The translations under genes were made by a program, and so were the position numbers. A stretch of DNA of 64,000 bases from a virus, in the IMG/VR virus record IMGVR_UViG_3300009370_002293, positions 35,813-99,812 of that record; one strand, given 5' to 3'. The notes beneath the pieces were generated by a model. It was not told the origin of the DNA. It worked only from the letters and a program-made list of their open reading frames with translations, and did no database searches. Each line of letters starts with the position of its first letter. Position 1 is the stretch's first letter. This document shows positions 17,340 to 27,312 of the stretch, in pieces.

Positions 17340-18418
17340 TGAACTTTTCCGTCAACTTTCCTATAAACTCAGTCTCTTTTGGGCAAGTCTCAAGCTTGCT
17401 CATGAGAGGCTTTTTTGAGCAAGAAAAGTTTCCACCACTTTTCGTTATTGGTGACGTTGATATATCCGCGCAAAATCAAGCAGGTGGATTTAAGGATAAC
17501 ATTAATAAATGTATTAATAAATTCTCTGAACACTCACGCGATACGCCAACTGTAAAATTGTGGCATCTCAATGGTGGTCTTGATTCATTCAGCAAGAAAC
17601 ATACCCTTCTTACCTTTTACGAGCTTGATCAGCCCACAAAGGCTGAAATTAATACGGCTAAAAATTGTGATAATTTAATTTTTACAAGTAGTTACTCAAA
17701 AGAAGTTTTTTCTCAGTTTCAGATTAAAAGTCATGTTATTCCCCTTGCATTTGACAAGTACCATTTTAAAACTTTAGACAAAAAATATTTTGATGATGGA
17801 CGTATAGTTTTTAATTTATGTGGTAAATTTGAAAAAAGGAAACATCACAAAAAAATAATTCAAGCATGGCTTAAAAAATTTGGAAATAACAAAAAGTATT
17901 TTCTCCAATGTACTTTGTTCAACCCCTTTTTAAGTGAAGATCAAAATAAATCCTTTTTTGCCGAATGTTTGGCTGGAAAAAATTATTTCAATATTCAGTT
18001 TTTGGGTCATATGCCTAGTAATGAGGTTTATAACGATTATTTAAATTCAGCTAACATAATCATTGGCATGTCTGGTGGAGAAGGATGGGGTCTTCCCGAG
18101 TTCCATTCCGTTGGTCTCGGCAAACACTCGGTTATACTAAATGCAAGTGGCTATAAAGAGTGGGCAACCGAGGAAAACAGTATACTAATTAACCCTTCTG
18201 GAAAAATTGAAATATACGATGGTATTTTCTTTAAACAAGGTGCCCCATTTAATCAAGGGTTAATCTTTGATTTTAGTGAAGACGATTTCATCTCAGGCTG
18301 TGAGGAGGCTATTAAAAGATTTAATAAGTCACCCATCAACAAAAAGGGTTTACAGATACAGAAAAAATTTACCGTAGAGAACACTCTAGATAAACTTCTA
18401 AAAATTATAAAAGACTGA
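17339..18418 (+). CDS. GT4-like glycosyltransferase
   Basis: GKFEKRKHH, SGGEGWGLPEF. Confidence 0.8.
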   Translation: MNFSVNFPINSVSFGQVSSLLMRGFFEQEKFPPLFVIGDVDISAQNQAGGFKDNINKCINKFSEHSRDTPTVKLWHLNGGLDSFSKKHTLLTFYELDQPTKAEINTAKNCDNLIFTSSYSKEVFSQFQIKSHVIPLAFDKYHFKTLDKKYFDDGRIVFNLCGKFEKRKHHKKIIQAWLKKFGNNKKYFLQCTLFNPFLSEDQNKSFFAECLAGKNYFNIQFLGHMPSNEVYNDYLNSANIIIGMSGGEGWGLPEFHSVGLGKHSVILNASGYKEWATEENSILINPSGKIEIYDGIFFKQGAPFNQGLIFDFSEDDFISGCEEAIKRFNKSPINKKGLQIQKKFTVENTLDKLLKIIKD

Positions 18419-18795
18419 TGCCTGTATATATTTTTGAACACCCTGAAACTGGTGAGAAAATTCATGTAACTCAAGGCATGAAAGATGAACACGTATACCA
18501 TGACGAAAACGGACTCCAGTGGAATCGTGTTTTTACATCTCCAAATACCGTAGTTCCAATCGGAGTAAACCCAAATTCCTCAAACGACTTTGTAAATAGG
18601 ACAAAGGACGTTAAAGGTGCCACAATTGGAGAAATGTGGGACTTATCCAAGGAATTAAGTGAAAAAAGAAAAAAAGAAAGAGGTGATGGCATAGACCCAG
18701 TTCAGACTAAGTATTTTAAAGATTACTCCAAGAAAAGAAAGGGGTTAAAACATAAAGACGACCCCTCTGGCAATAAAGGCGATATCTTGATATGA
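18418..18795 (+). CDS. FmdB-like protein (cysteine-less)
   Basis: MPVYIFEHPETGE...RVFTSP. Confidence 0.45.
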   Translation: MPVYIFEHPETGEKIHVTQGMKDEHVYHDENGLQWNRVFTSPNTVVPIGVNPNSSNDFVNRTKDVKGATIGEMWDLSKELSEKRKKERGDGIDPVQTKYFKDYSKKRKGLKHKDDPSGNKGDILI

Positions 18796-20057
18796 GATTT
18801 TCCGTCTTCACCCCGTCACATACCTTAAAAAGGATAGACAGACCCCTTAAATCGCTACAAGAACAATCCTTTAAAGATTTCGAATGGATTGTCTGTCTTA
18901 ATGGGGCTGCCGCATCATCAGAGGCCGAATTGAGCAGTAAGCTTTCATCCAGTGGAATTAAATATAAAATTTTAATTCATACTGAAGATACTGACAAAAT
19001 TGGTTTTTTAAAAAATCGCTGCTGTCACGCAGCCGCAGGTGAAATATTAGTAGAACTGGATCACGACGACGAACTATCCCCTGATTGTCTTGAAGAAATA
19101 GACCTACATGATAAAGAACATAATTCAGACTTTTACTATTCTGATGATATTGACATAGTAGAGTCTTCTGGTGAGTCTATAGCCCCTTACTCAGAAGAGG
19201 GTGGGTGGAGTTATTATAAATGCGCGAGAACGGGCCACACAGCATCCAGCGCGTTCCCACCAGACCCAATCGCGTTTGGTTATATTTGGTACGCCCCCAA
19301 TCATGTTCGGGCTTGGAAAAAAGATTTTTATTTTAAAATTGGTGGACACAATCCTGATATGGATGTTCTGGATGACCAAGAGTTACTGTCTCGTACTTAT
19401 ATCGAAGGCACTGTTACACACATAAAGAAGCCATTATACATATATTGGCGTCATGACGAAAACACTTGTTACGGTGAAAAGAATGCTAAAATACAAGCCC
19501 TAACCAGAGAACTTCACGATTACTACATTCAAAGTCTAGTAGCAAAATGGTGTGATATCAATAACCTCAAAAAAGTTGACCTATGTTGTCACGCATCAAA
19601 ACCTGATGGATTTATCGGTGTGGATAATTACCCCTACGAAGATGTAGATGTGGTTGCTGATTTAGACAAAGAGCCGTGGCCCTTTGAAGATAATAGCGTG
19701 GGGTTATTTAGGTGTCAAGATGCAATAGAACACCTTAAAAACCCATTAACCACAATGAAAGAAATTTACAGGTGTTTAGCTCCACGTGGCTGGGCCTTAA
19801 TTGAAGTACCAAGTACAGATGGACGAGGCGCCTTTCAAGACCCAACCCACGTTTCTTTCTGGAATGCCAATAGTTTTTGGTACTATACAAAAAAAGAACA
19901 GGGAGCATACATCAATTCACCAGTAAAATTTCAACTGAACAGAATCTTAGACTACTATCCGAGCGACTTCCACAAGACCCACCTCATTGCCTACACAAAG
20001 GCGCATTTAGTTAAACTTATTGACGGAGACGTTCCTGCAGGTGGTAGAAATATATAA
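18792..20057 (+). CDS. GT2 glycosyltransferase fused to SAM-methyltransferase-like domain
   Basis: SVFTP, ELDHDDEL (GT2); IEHL..EIYRCL..GW..IEVP, AFQDPTH (methyltransferase). Confidence 0.8.
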   Translation: MRFSVFTPSHTLKRIDRPLKSLQEQSFKDFEWIVCLNGAAASSEAELSSKLSSSGIKYKILIHTEDTDKIGFLKNRCCHAAAGEILVELDHDDELSPDCLEEIDLHDKEHNSDFYYSDDIDIVESSGESIAPYSEEGGWSYYKCARTGHTASSAFPPDPIAFGYIWYAPNHVRAWKKDFYFKIGGHNPDMDVLDDQELLSRTYIEGTVTHIKKPLYIYWRHDENTCYGEKNAKIQALTRELHDYYIQSLVAKWCDINNLKKVDLCCHASKPDGFIGVDNYPYEDVDVVADLDKEPWPFEDNSVGLFRCQDAIEHLKNPLTTMKEIYRCLAPRGWALIEVPSTDGRGAFQDPTHVSFWNANSFWYYTKKEQGAYINSPVKFQLNRILDYYPSDFHKTHLIAYTKAHLVKLIDGDVPAGGRNI

Positions 20058-20114
20058 TTTTTACTTTCCTTCCGTTAAAAAAAATGTAAGTATAATGTAC
20101 ACGCTTTACGACAG

Positions 20115-22580
20115 ATGAGTTCTCCAAAAATTAATGTAAAAAAAAGAAACGGGCGGCTAGAAAAGATTCAGATTTCCAAGATAAATAAATGCGCTGAACG
20201 TGCTTGCGCTGATATCGAAAATGTCTCTCCTAGTGAAATTGTACTTGATGCCCATGTTCAATTTTACGATAAAATACCCACAAAAGAAATAGACACTGCG
20301 CTAATCCTTTCTACTCGACAAAAAATAGAGAAGGAACCTAATTACTCTTATGTTGCGGCTCGATTACTATTGGGCAATATCCATAAGGAGGTATTTGGGA
20401 GTAGTGTAGATAAAGATGCATTTGACCATCAATATAGACTTTCCTTTATAAGTAACATAAAAAAACTCGTTAAAGAAAATCGACTTAATGAAAAACTACT
20501 GGATTTTGATTTAAAAAAATTATCTGAAAATTTAATTTTAGAAAGAGACTACAAGTTTAAATACTTAGGTCTACAGATTCTTTATGATCGTTACTTTCTG
20601 CATTCTAATGGGCGTCGTCTTGAGTCCCCCCAGTCATTTTGGATGAGAGTTGCCATGGGGCTCGCTATTAATGAAAAGGACAAGGAGAAGAGGGCTGTAG
20701 AATTTTACAATGTTCTTTCTACCTTCAAGCTCTGTTGTTCAACGCCAACCCTTTTTAACAGTGGAAGCCCAAGGAGTCAATTAAGTTCCTGTTATCTTAA
20801 TACCTTCGAAGACAGTATAGATGGAATCTTTGAAGGTGCATGGCAAGAGGCACGTAAATCTAAATTTGCTGGAGGACTTGGTTTTGATGTTACAAATTTT
20901 CGTTCCTCAGGGTCCCATATTAAAGGTACAAACGGTACGTCCAGTGGTCTTGTACCTTGGCTTAAAATTTTCAACGATCTTTTAGTTGCAGTGAACCAAG
21001 GCGGTAAACGTCCCGGTGCTGGATGCGCCTACCTTGAGCCATGGCACTTGGACATTGAGGACTTTTTAGACTTGAAAAAAAATACTGGAGACGAAAGAAG
21101 AAGGTGTCATGATTTAAACACAGCGAATTGGCTCCCTAATTTATTTTTCCAGTACATAGAAAAAAATAAAGACTGGTATTTATTTTCACCATCCGATACA
21201 AAAGAACTACATGATCTTTATGGCGACGACTTTGATAAAGCGTACAAGCTTTTTTGCAAAAAAGCGGATGAAGGAGAGATAAAAAATTACAAAAAAATAA
21301 ATGCCAAAGATTTATGGAAGAAAATGCTTAGAGTGCTATACGAAACAGGCCATCCATGGATGACATTCAAGGATAACGCCAATATTCGTTATTCTAACTC
21401 TCACAAAGGTATTATCCATAGTTCAAATCTTTGCACCGAGATTTTTCTACACACCATTCCGTCCTCCTTCAATGGGGGCACTAAAACGACAGTAGGCGAA
21501 ACAGCGGTATGCAACCTAAGCTCCGTAAACCTTAAAGAACACCTTAAAGAAAACGGCAAACTGGACTTCAAACAGCTTTCGAAGACTATAGCACTACAAG
21601 TACGTATGTTAGATAACGTAATTGACCTGAATTTTTACCCTACTGCAGAGGCTAAAAAAGCGAACATGTTACATCGCCCAGTAGGGGCCGGTACTATGGG
21701 GTGGGCTGACGTATTCCACTCTTATAAACTAAAATTTTCTTCAGACGACACAATTAAGTTTTCAGATGAATTATACGAGTTTATTTCTTATCACTGCATT
21801 CTTAATTCCAGTAAATTAAGCAAAGAGCGTGGAGCTTACTCTACTTACAAGGGGTCTTTATGGGATAAAGATATATTTCCTATAGATACCTATAAAAATC
21901 TTATGGACTATTTAGGTGAAAAACCATTGGTTCATAGAGGGAAAAAGTTCGCTCCTGAAGTTGACTGGAAAACCGTCAGAGGGCATGTTAAAGAATATGG
22001 AATGCGTAATAGTAATACTATGGCAATTGCTCCAACCGCAACCATTTCTTATATTCAGGGGTGCTCTCCTTGTATTGAGCCAGATTTTTCAGTATTATTT
22101 GTTTATGAAAATAAAAGCGGAAATCTAACTATTATAAATGAATGGTTTGTTGAAGAATGTAAAAAGCTAGGTATATGGAACTCCTCGTTCATAGATGTCT
22201 TAAAGTCTGTAGACGGAGACGTAGACCTTTTACCTGATCTACCTGAAGAACTCAAGGAAAGGTTCAAGACCGCATTTAACCAAGACCAATTTAGATTAAT
22301 TGACGGTGCCGCAGCAAAACAAAAATGGATCGATATGGGGCAATCTCTAAATCTTTTTAATAAAAACACATCCCTTAAATATCTAAATGACTTATACTTT
22401 CATGCACGAAAAAGAGGTCTTAAAAGCACCTATTACCTAAGGAATAAAAGTGCGAGCAAGATTGAAAAAGCTTCGTCTGGTGGTGACGATAATAATAATA
22501 ACGCAAGTGATACTAACCCTAATATATCTATTAGTTCATCTTGTTCGATCTTAGACCCTGATTGCGAAAGTTGCCAATAA
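20115..22580 (+). CDS. nrdA: Class I ribonucleotide reductase alpha subunit
   Basis: ATP cone (VKKRNG), TPTLFN, SSCY, SNLCTEI, APTATIS, KSTYYLR, C-terminal CESCQ. Confidence 0.97.
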   Translation: MSSPKINVKKRNGRLEKIQISKINKCAERACADIENVSPSEIVLDAHVQFYDKIPTKEIDTALILSTRQKIEKEPNYSYVAARLLLGNIHKEVFGSSVDKDAFDHQYRLSFISNIKKLVKENRLNEKLLDFDLKKLSENLILERDYKFKYLGLQILYDRYFLHSNGRRLESPQSFWMRVAMGLAINEKDKEKRAVEFYNVLSTFKLCCSTPTLFNSGSPRSQLSSCYLNTFEDSIDGIFEGAWQEARKSKFAGGLGFDVTNFRSSGSHIKGTNGTSSGLVPWLKIFNDLLVAVNQGGKRPGAGCAYLEPWHLDIEDFLDLKKNTGDERRRCHDLNTANWLPNLFFQYIEKNKDWYLFSPSDTKELHDLYGDDFDKAYKLFCKKADEGEIKNYKKINAKDLWKKMLRVLYETGHPWMTFKDNANIRYSNSHKGIIHSSNLCTEIFLHTIPSSFNGGTKTTVGETAVCNLSSVNLKEHLKENGKLDFKQLSKTIALQVRMLDNVIDLNFYPTAEAKKANMLHRPVGAGTMGWADVFHSYKLKFSSDDTIKFSDELYEFISYHCILNSSKLSKERGAYSTYKGSLWDKDIFPIDTYKNLMDYLGEKPLVHRGKKFAPEVDWKTVRGHVKEYGMRNSNTMAIAPTATISYIQGCSPCIEPDFSVLFVYENKSGNLTIINEWFVEECKKLGIWNSSFIDVLKSVDGDVDLLPDLPEELKERFKTAFNQDQFRLIDGAAAKQKWIDMGQSLNLFNKNTSLKYLNDLYFHARKRGLKSTYYLRNKSASKIEKASSGGDDNNNNASDTNPNISISSSCSILDPDCESCQ

Positions 22581-23587
22581 TGAAGGATGGACTATTACTT
22601 GGAGAAGAGGTGGCGGGAGTTAACCAAATTTTACCGCATAAACATCACTTAGCATGGGACCTGTTTCTTAAAGGAGTGGCTAATAATTGGTCCCCTTCAG
22701 AAATAAACATGAGTGAAGATGTAGACCAATGGAAAAATGATACTTTGACCGACGATGAAAAACTTTTAGTAAAAAGATGCCTTGGTTTTTTTGCTGGAAG
22801 CGAATCACTTGTTGGAAACAATTTATTGTTAACCGTTGCAAAATGGGTAACTGACCCAGAATGCCGTCAATACATTTTACGACAAGCTTACGAGGAATCA
22901 CTTCACAACTGGACTGTAGTTACATGCTGTGACTCCTATTCACTTAAAGTGTCTGACGTATACGAAGCTTACATTAATGTAGATTCAATAAAAGCAAAGG
23001 ACAATTTTTTAATGGAAATAACCACAGACGTCAATCGTCCTGATTTTAACACGACAACAACGGAGGGGAAAAGAGAATTTTTACGTAATTTAATTAGTTA
23101 CTATATAGTTTGTGAAGGTACGTTCTTTTTTAGCGGCTTCGCTATGCTTCTAGCCCTAGGACGACAAAATAAATTGCCCGGCCTCTCCGATCAAATTAGG
23201 TATACATTACGAGATGAAAGTTTACATATTCAATTTGGCACATATCTAATTAATACCATAAAAGAGCAGTATCCCTCCGTATGGACCAAGAAATTCGAAC
23301 AAGAAACAGTGGAACACATCAAAAAGGCAGTTGAACTCGAGGTTCAATACGCAAATGATGTGCTCCCTAGAGGAATCCTTGGTTTGAATGCGGAAATGTT
23401 TGTTGATTACATGCATTATATCGGTAACAGGCGTCTAGAAGGTATTGGGATTAATTATCGATTTGATAACGACAACAACCCATTTCCTTGGCTCTCTGAA
23501 ATTGTAGACACCGGTGCCATGACAAATTTCTTTGAAAGAAAAGTGAAGGATTACCAAAATTCAGGTACTCTAGAAGACGATTTCTAA
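22580..23587 (+). CDS. nrdB: Ribonucleotide reductase beta subunit with class Ic signature
   Basis: FFAGSESLV, EESLHNWTV, EGTFFFSGF, RDESLH, NFFERKVKDY; start at ATG 22580. Confidence 0.92.
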   Translation: MKDGLLLGEEVAGVNQILPHKHHLAWDLFLKGVANNWSPSEINMSEDVDQWKNDTLTDDEKLLVKRCLGFFAGSESLVGNNLLLTVAKWVTDPECRQYILRQAYEESLHNWTVVTCCDSYSLKVSDVYEAYINVDSIKAKDNFLMEITTDVNRPDFNTTTTEGKREFLRNLISYYIVCEGTFFFSGFAMLLALGRQNKLPGLSDQIRYTLRDESLHIQFGTYLINTIKEQYPSVWTKKFEQETVEHIKKAVELEVQYANDVLPRGILGLNAEMFVDYMHYIGNRRLEGIGINYRFDNDNNPFPWLSEIVDTGAMTNFFERKVKDYQNSGTLEDDF

Positions 23588-23594
23588 TTTTAAA

Positions 23595-23765
23595 ATGAAC
23601 AAAAAAAGAAAAGCCAAAAATAGATTCAAAAATGAACTAGAGTCTTCAATCGAAGGACTCACAAATGAACGGGAAAATGCGGAAAAAAGAAACGATAAAA
23701 AGCTCGTAAAACTACTTGATCGCCGTTTACTCGAGTGTCGCCATCATTTAGACGCTCTAGAGTAG
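23595..23765 (+). CDS. Small coiled-coil protein (56 aa, not in ORF track)
   Basis: MNKKRKAKNRFKNELESSIEGL...LDALE directly after nrdB. Confidence 0.55.
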   Translation: MNKKRKAKNRFKNELESSIEGLTNERENAEKRNDKKLVKLLDRRLLECRHHLDALE

Positions 23766-24074
23766 GTAGCTGGCTGCTTTCATAGGATTTACTTCTACAA
23801 AAACATTTTCTTGTTTTAATTCAAGCATTTGATCTAAAGTAAACCCCTCAGCCTTAGCCCACCTATAGCGAGGTGGGTTAACTAAGTAAGCTCGTATTTG
23901 AGGGATACCACCAAAAATATCAGACTGTAAATTTAAAAGAATTATAGTTTCGGAAGATTTATTATAAATTATAGCAGTAGTAGGTCTGTCAGTTGCAGCA
24001 ACAGATAGATAAAAATTAAGCCTTAAGCAATCGCTTTTAATTTTATTAATATATTTTTTTAAAATAAAATTCAT
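23757..24074 (-). CDS. Hypothetical protein
   Basis: 105-aa ORF abutting upstream gene. Confidence 0.6.
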   Translation of the reverse strand: MNFILKKYINKIKSDCLRLNFYLSVAATDRPTTAIIYNKSSETIILLNLQSDIFGGIPQIRAYLVNPPRYRWAKAEGFTLDQMLELKQENVFVEVNPMKAASYLL

Positions 24075-24329
24075 TTATCCGTCTTTTATTTTTCTTTTTC
24101 TTTCCTTTAAAAAATCTGGGGTTATAACGAATTCATTTTGACATTTAATACATCTCATTATTTTTTTGTCATTTTTACAATCCACCTTTTTTGTTTTACA
24201 TTCTCTCACGGGGTCACCCCAAAAATTTTCCGTAAATGGACATGAACAATAAGTGGTTACCTTAGAGTTTTGTTCCGTAAGGCGAGCCCTTTTATCTGGC
24301 AAACAGTAAGGACAAGAATAAATGTGCAT
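24075..24329 (-). CDS. Cys-rich putative zinc-binding protein
   Basis: CPYC, CSC, CIKC; start at ATG 24329. Confidence 0.55.
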   Translation of the reverse strand: MHIYSCPYCLPDKRARLTEQNSKVTTYCSCPFTENFWGDPVRECKTKKVDCKNDKKIMRCIKCQNEFVITPDFLKERKRKIKDG

Positions 24330-24340
24330 ACACACCCCCC

Positions 24341-24580
24341 TTAATTGCGTGCAAAAAAAGCCGTCCCTATCAAAAATATATTTACAGCCGCCAAGATAGC
24401 TACCGTAATGGACAAGCACCAAAGAGAAGAATCATACTTGGCAACCAAGCGTTTTTCTCCATTAGAATCCTCTTTATTCTTTGAGGCATTGTTAATCTTT
24501 GCATTTTCCACATGGCACTTTTCTTTCCCAACGTACCATGTTCCGTTAGCATAATTAGTCAATGTACTTCGTTTTTTCAT
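24341..24580 (-). CDS. Small membrane protein
   Basis: C-terminal TM helix; GTGTAA-N8-ATG upstream. Confidence 0.6.
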   Translation of the reverse strand: MKKRSTLTNYANGTWYVGKEKCHVENAKINNASKNKEDSNGEKRLVAKYDSSLWCLSITVAILAAVNIFLIGTAFFARN

Positions 24581-24588
24581 AATTAATA

Positions 24589-24639
24589 TTACACCTTTTT
24601 TTTAAAAAAAACTCCTCGCAACAAGCAATCCATGTGTAA
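24589..24639. promoter_or_regulatory. Divergent pair of GTGTAA motifs
   Basis: ttacac 24589-24594 is 8 nt from ATG 24580; gtgtaa 24634-24639 is 8 nt from ATG 24648. Confidence 0.65.
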
Positions 24640-24647
24640 ATATTAAC

Positions 24648-24956
24648 ATGGAGGTAGACTTTCAGTTTTTTTTGAATGTAATCATAGGAATTGTAACCTT
24701 TTTTGGAGGTTTTTTATTAAAAACATTCTGGGGTCGTCTCGAAGAAATAGACAACGAGCGTGAAAAGCTATGGATATACCACGAGGATGACATGAAAAAA
24801 ATTCGCCAAGAATTAAATATACTAGCCCTAAGTCTTCCAGAAAAATATACAAGCAAAGACGACTTTCACAATTTAGTTAAAGCCGTTCATCATCGTTTTG
24901 ATAAACTTGAGGAAAAAATAGATAACCTCAATAAAGACACATGTAAAAGAAAGTAG
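24648..24956 (+). CDS. N-terminal TM + coiled-coil protein (possible lysis accessory)
   Basis: TM helix then heptad-rich ..RFDKLEEKIDNL. Confidence 0.55.
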   Translation: MEVDFQFFLNVIIGIVTFFGGFLLKTFWGRLEEIDNEREKLWIYHEDDMKKIRQELNILALSLPEKYTSKDDFHNLVKAVHHRFDKLEEKIDNLNKDTCKRK

Positions 24957-24961
24957 CTCCA

Positions 24962-25621
24962 ATGACAAAACTTCTTCAATTAAATTTCATAAGTGAAGAT
25001 GGTATCAATAGCGTTTTGCCTTCCTTCAATAGTCTACCCAACACGAATCACCTTGACGGTAAATACAGATTAAGGCGTTTTGGACGAGTAGAGCTACGTA
25101 CCACATTCTGGAACTGCCAACAGGAGATAGAGGTTGAATCTTTAAATGAAACAGAATTTACACAAAGCGAAGAGTTTAATAAACACCAAGGGGGAATGCT
25201 TAGAAAATTTGAAGGCATTGAAAAAGAGGTTCTTGACAGTAAAGGTCTAAAAGAAATGCTGCTAACATTCAAAACAGCAAATGATTTACCTGATGGACAA
25301 CATGTGGACATACACCAAATGAGGGTAATCCCTTGTGAAGAAGAATTTGGGGAATTCACACCTGTTTCCCCCGAAGGAGTTCACCAAGATGGATTTAGCC
25401 ACATAGCGATGATTGGTGTTGCACGTCATAATATTAACGGAGGCGAGCTATTAGCGTACAATACACAGGATTCTTCACCGTTCATGGTCTATAAATTACT
25501 TGCTGGAGAAATGTTAATGCTTGACGACTCAAGATTATGGCATAACGCTACGCCAATAAGCAGGGTATCAGAGGGTGAAGCGTTTGGAGATTGGTTTATT
25601 TTTTGTGCAAAAAAAGATTGA
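24962..25621 (+). CDS. 2OG-Fe(II) dioxygenase family protein
   Basis: YRLRRF, HQMRV, SPEGVHQDG, WHNATPI. Confidence 0.75.
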   Translation: MTKLLQLNFISEDGINSVLPSFNSLPNTNHLDGKYRLRRFGRVELRTTFWNCQQEIEVESLNETEFTQSEEFNKHQGGMLRKFEGIEKEVLDSKGLKEMLLTFKTANDLPDGQHVDIHQMRVIPCEEEFGEFTPVSPEGVHQDGFSHIAMIGVARHNINGGELLAYNTQDSSPFMVYKLLAGEMLMLDDSRLWHNATPISRVSEGEAFGDWFIFCAKKD

Positions 25622-25651
25622 TTTAAAAGCAAAAAAAACGCACACTTAGAT

Positions 25652-26512
25652 GTGCGCTTTATTTTAATAAATGATTTTTTTTCCGAAGACCTTGCCGGTG
25701 GCGGCCACGCAGGGGGCGCTGCATTAAACGATGAGATACTCATTGACATTTTTCAATCCAACAATAAAAATGTAACAAAAATAAAAAGCCCAGACGTTAG
25801 CCATGATTTTCTTGAAAAAGAAAAAGACTCCTTTTTTATAATTTCTAATTTTTTTAGATTCCCCTCTTACGATACACTGAAGCAGTTTGAAAATCTGAAA
25901 TATATTATTTACGCTCACGACTATAAGTTCGTGAACCATATGAATCCAGCTAGATACGAAAATTTTTTAGTTCCAGAAAATGAATTGATTTGTGTAGATT
26001 TTTTTCGAAATGCTCGAGCTGTAATTTGCCAGTCTAGCTTGCAGCAAAAAATTTATGATAAAAATTTAAAGGAAAATGTTAAAACATTAAATTTTTCAGG
26101 CAACTTATGGTCCCTCGAACACCTTGAATTAATGCGCGGTTTTTCTAATGAGGAAAAAAGACCTGTAAGCTCAGTTGTTAAATCACATTATCAAGAAAAA
26201 GGAACTCCTGAAGCTATAAAATTTTGCATAGAAAACAAAATGGATTATGAATTAATTTTTGACCCAGACTATAATTCTTTTTTGCGTAAAATATCCAAGA
26301 ATCAAGGGTTAGTTTTTTGGCCAAAAACCCCCGAAACATGTGGGAGAATGATTCTTGAAGCAAAGATGATGAACGTAAAGGTTTTTCATAATAATCTATT
26401 AGGAGCCTCACATGAACCATGGTTCACTCAAAATGGAGGAGAACTAATCGACTCTATGATTAATAAACGACAAGAAATACATGATATTATTACTTCGGTT
26501 GCTTCAAGGTGA
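25652..26512 (+). CDS. GT-B glycosyltransferase-like protein
   Basis: GGAAL.D, YAHDY, KGT..AI, PETCGRMILEAK; TTGATT-17-CACACT promoter 5 nt upstream. Confidence 0.65.
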   Translation: MRFILINDFFSEDLAGGGHAGGAALNDEILIDIFQSNNKNVTKIKSPDVSHDFLEKEKDSFFIISNFFRFPSYDTLKQFENLKYIIYAHDYKFVNHMNPARYENFLVPENELICVDFFRNARAVICQSSLQQKIYDKNLKENVKTLNFSGNLWSLEHLELMRGFSNEEKRPVSSVVKSHYQEKGTPEAIKFCIENKMDYELIFDPDYNSFLRKISKNQGLVFWPKTPETCGRMILEAKMMNVKVFHNNLLGASHEPWFTQNGGELIDSMINKRQEIHDIITSVASR

Positions 26513-27312
26513 AAAAAGACGCTTATCAATATCTAAGCGGTAACGCGTTTAAAAGTATATGTAAATATAGCTGCGGTCACTATACCTCTGCTCGAGAGCA
26601 TGGCTTCAACTTCAAAGTTGATGATAACCGTAACAATAACTATGTTTTTGTAAAAACAGAATATATACCTTCATTTTTTAATTATATTGATCTAAAATTT
26701 CCATTTACATTAATAACCCATAACTCAGATGAAAGTATTGATGAAAGATTTTTAAGTTTTATAGACCACCCTCTAGTGGAAAAATGGTACGGCCAAAACA
26801 TTAATATAAGGCACCCTAAAGTATCTTCAATCCCCATAGGTCTCGCCAACCCCAAATGGTCACACGGTAACCCCGAGAACTTTTCTAAAGCACTAGAGAA
26901 CCACTCACCCCACAATAAAAACTCTTTAGTATATGTTAATTTTGATATAGGTACAAACCCCCATGAACGCTTAAAATGCCTAGAAGAAACAGGACTCCCC
27001 AATAGTGAAAGAGTCGATTTTTCAACCTATCTAAAGGATATGGCCGAATCTTATTTTACCCTTTCTCCTAACGGAAACGGAATAGATTGCCATAAACACT
27101 GGGAGGCACTATATTTACAAACCATTCCCGTAGTTACAAAAAGTATAAATATGGAATTTTACACAGATCTACCATTTTTAGTTTTAGATGATTGGTCTGA
27201 ATTTAAAAATATTACCCTTTCAGAAGAGTTGTACAGATCAATTTGGAAAAAATTTGACCCAACATCTCTTCTTTTTAACAATTATATAAATAAAACCTTT
27301 CCTCTCACATGA
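26509..27312 (+). CDS. Exostosin/GT47-like glycosyltransferase
   Basis: LSPNGNGIDCHKHWEALYL..IPVV. Confidence 0.65.
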   Translation: MKKDAYQYLSGNAFKSICKYSCGHYTSAREHGFNFKVDDNRNNNYVFVKTEYIPSFFNYIDLKFPFTLITHNSDESIDERFLSFIDHPLVEKWYGQNINIRHPKVSSIPIGLANPKWSHGNPENFSKALENHSPHNKNSLVYVNFDIGTNPHERLKCLEETGLPNSERVDFSTYLKDMAESYFTLSPNGNGIDCHKHWEALYLQTIPVVTKSINMEFYTDLPFLVLDDWSEFKNITLSEELYRSIWKKFDPTSLLFNNYINKTFPLT

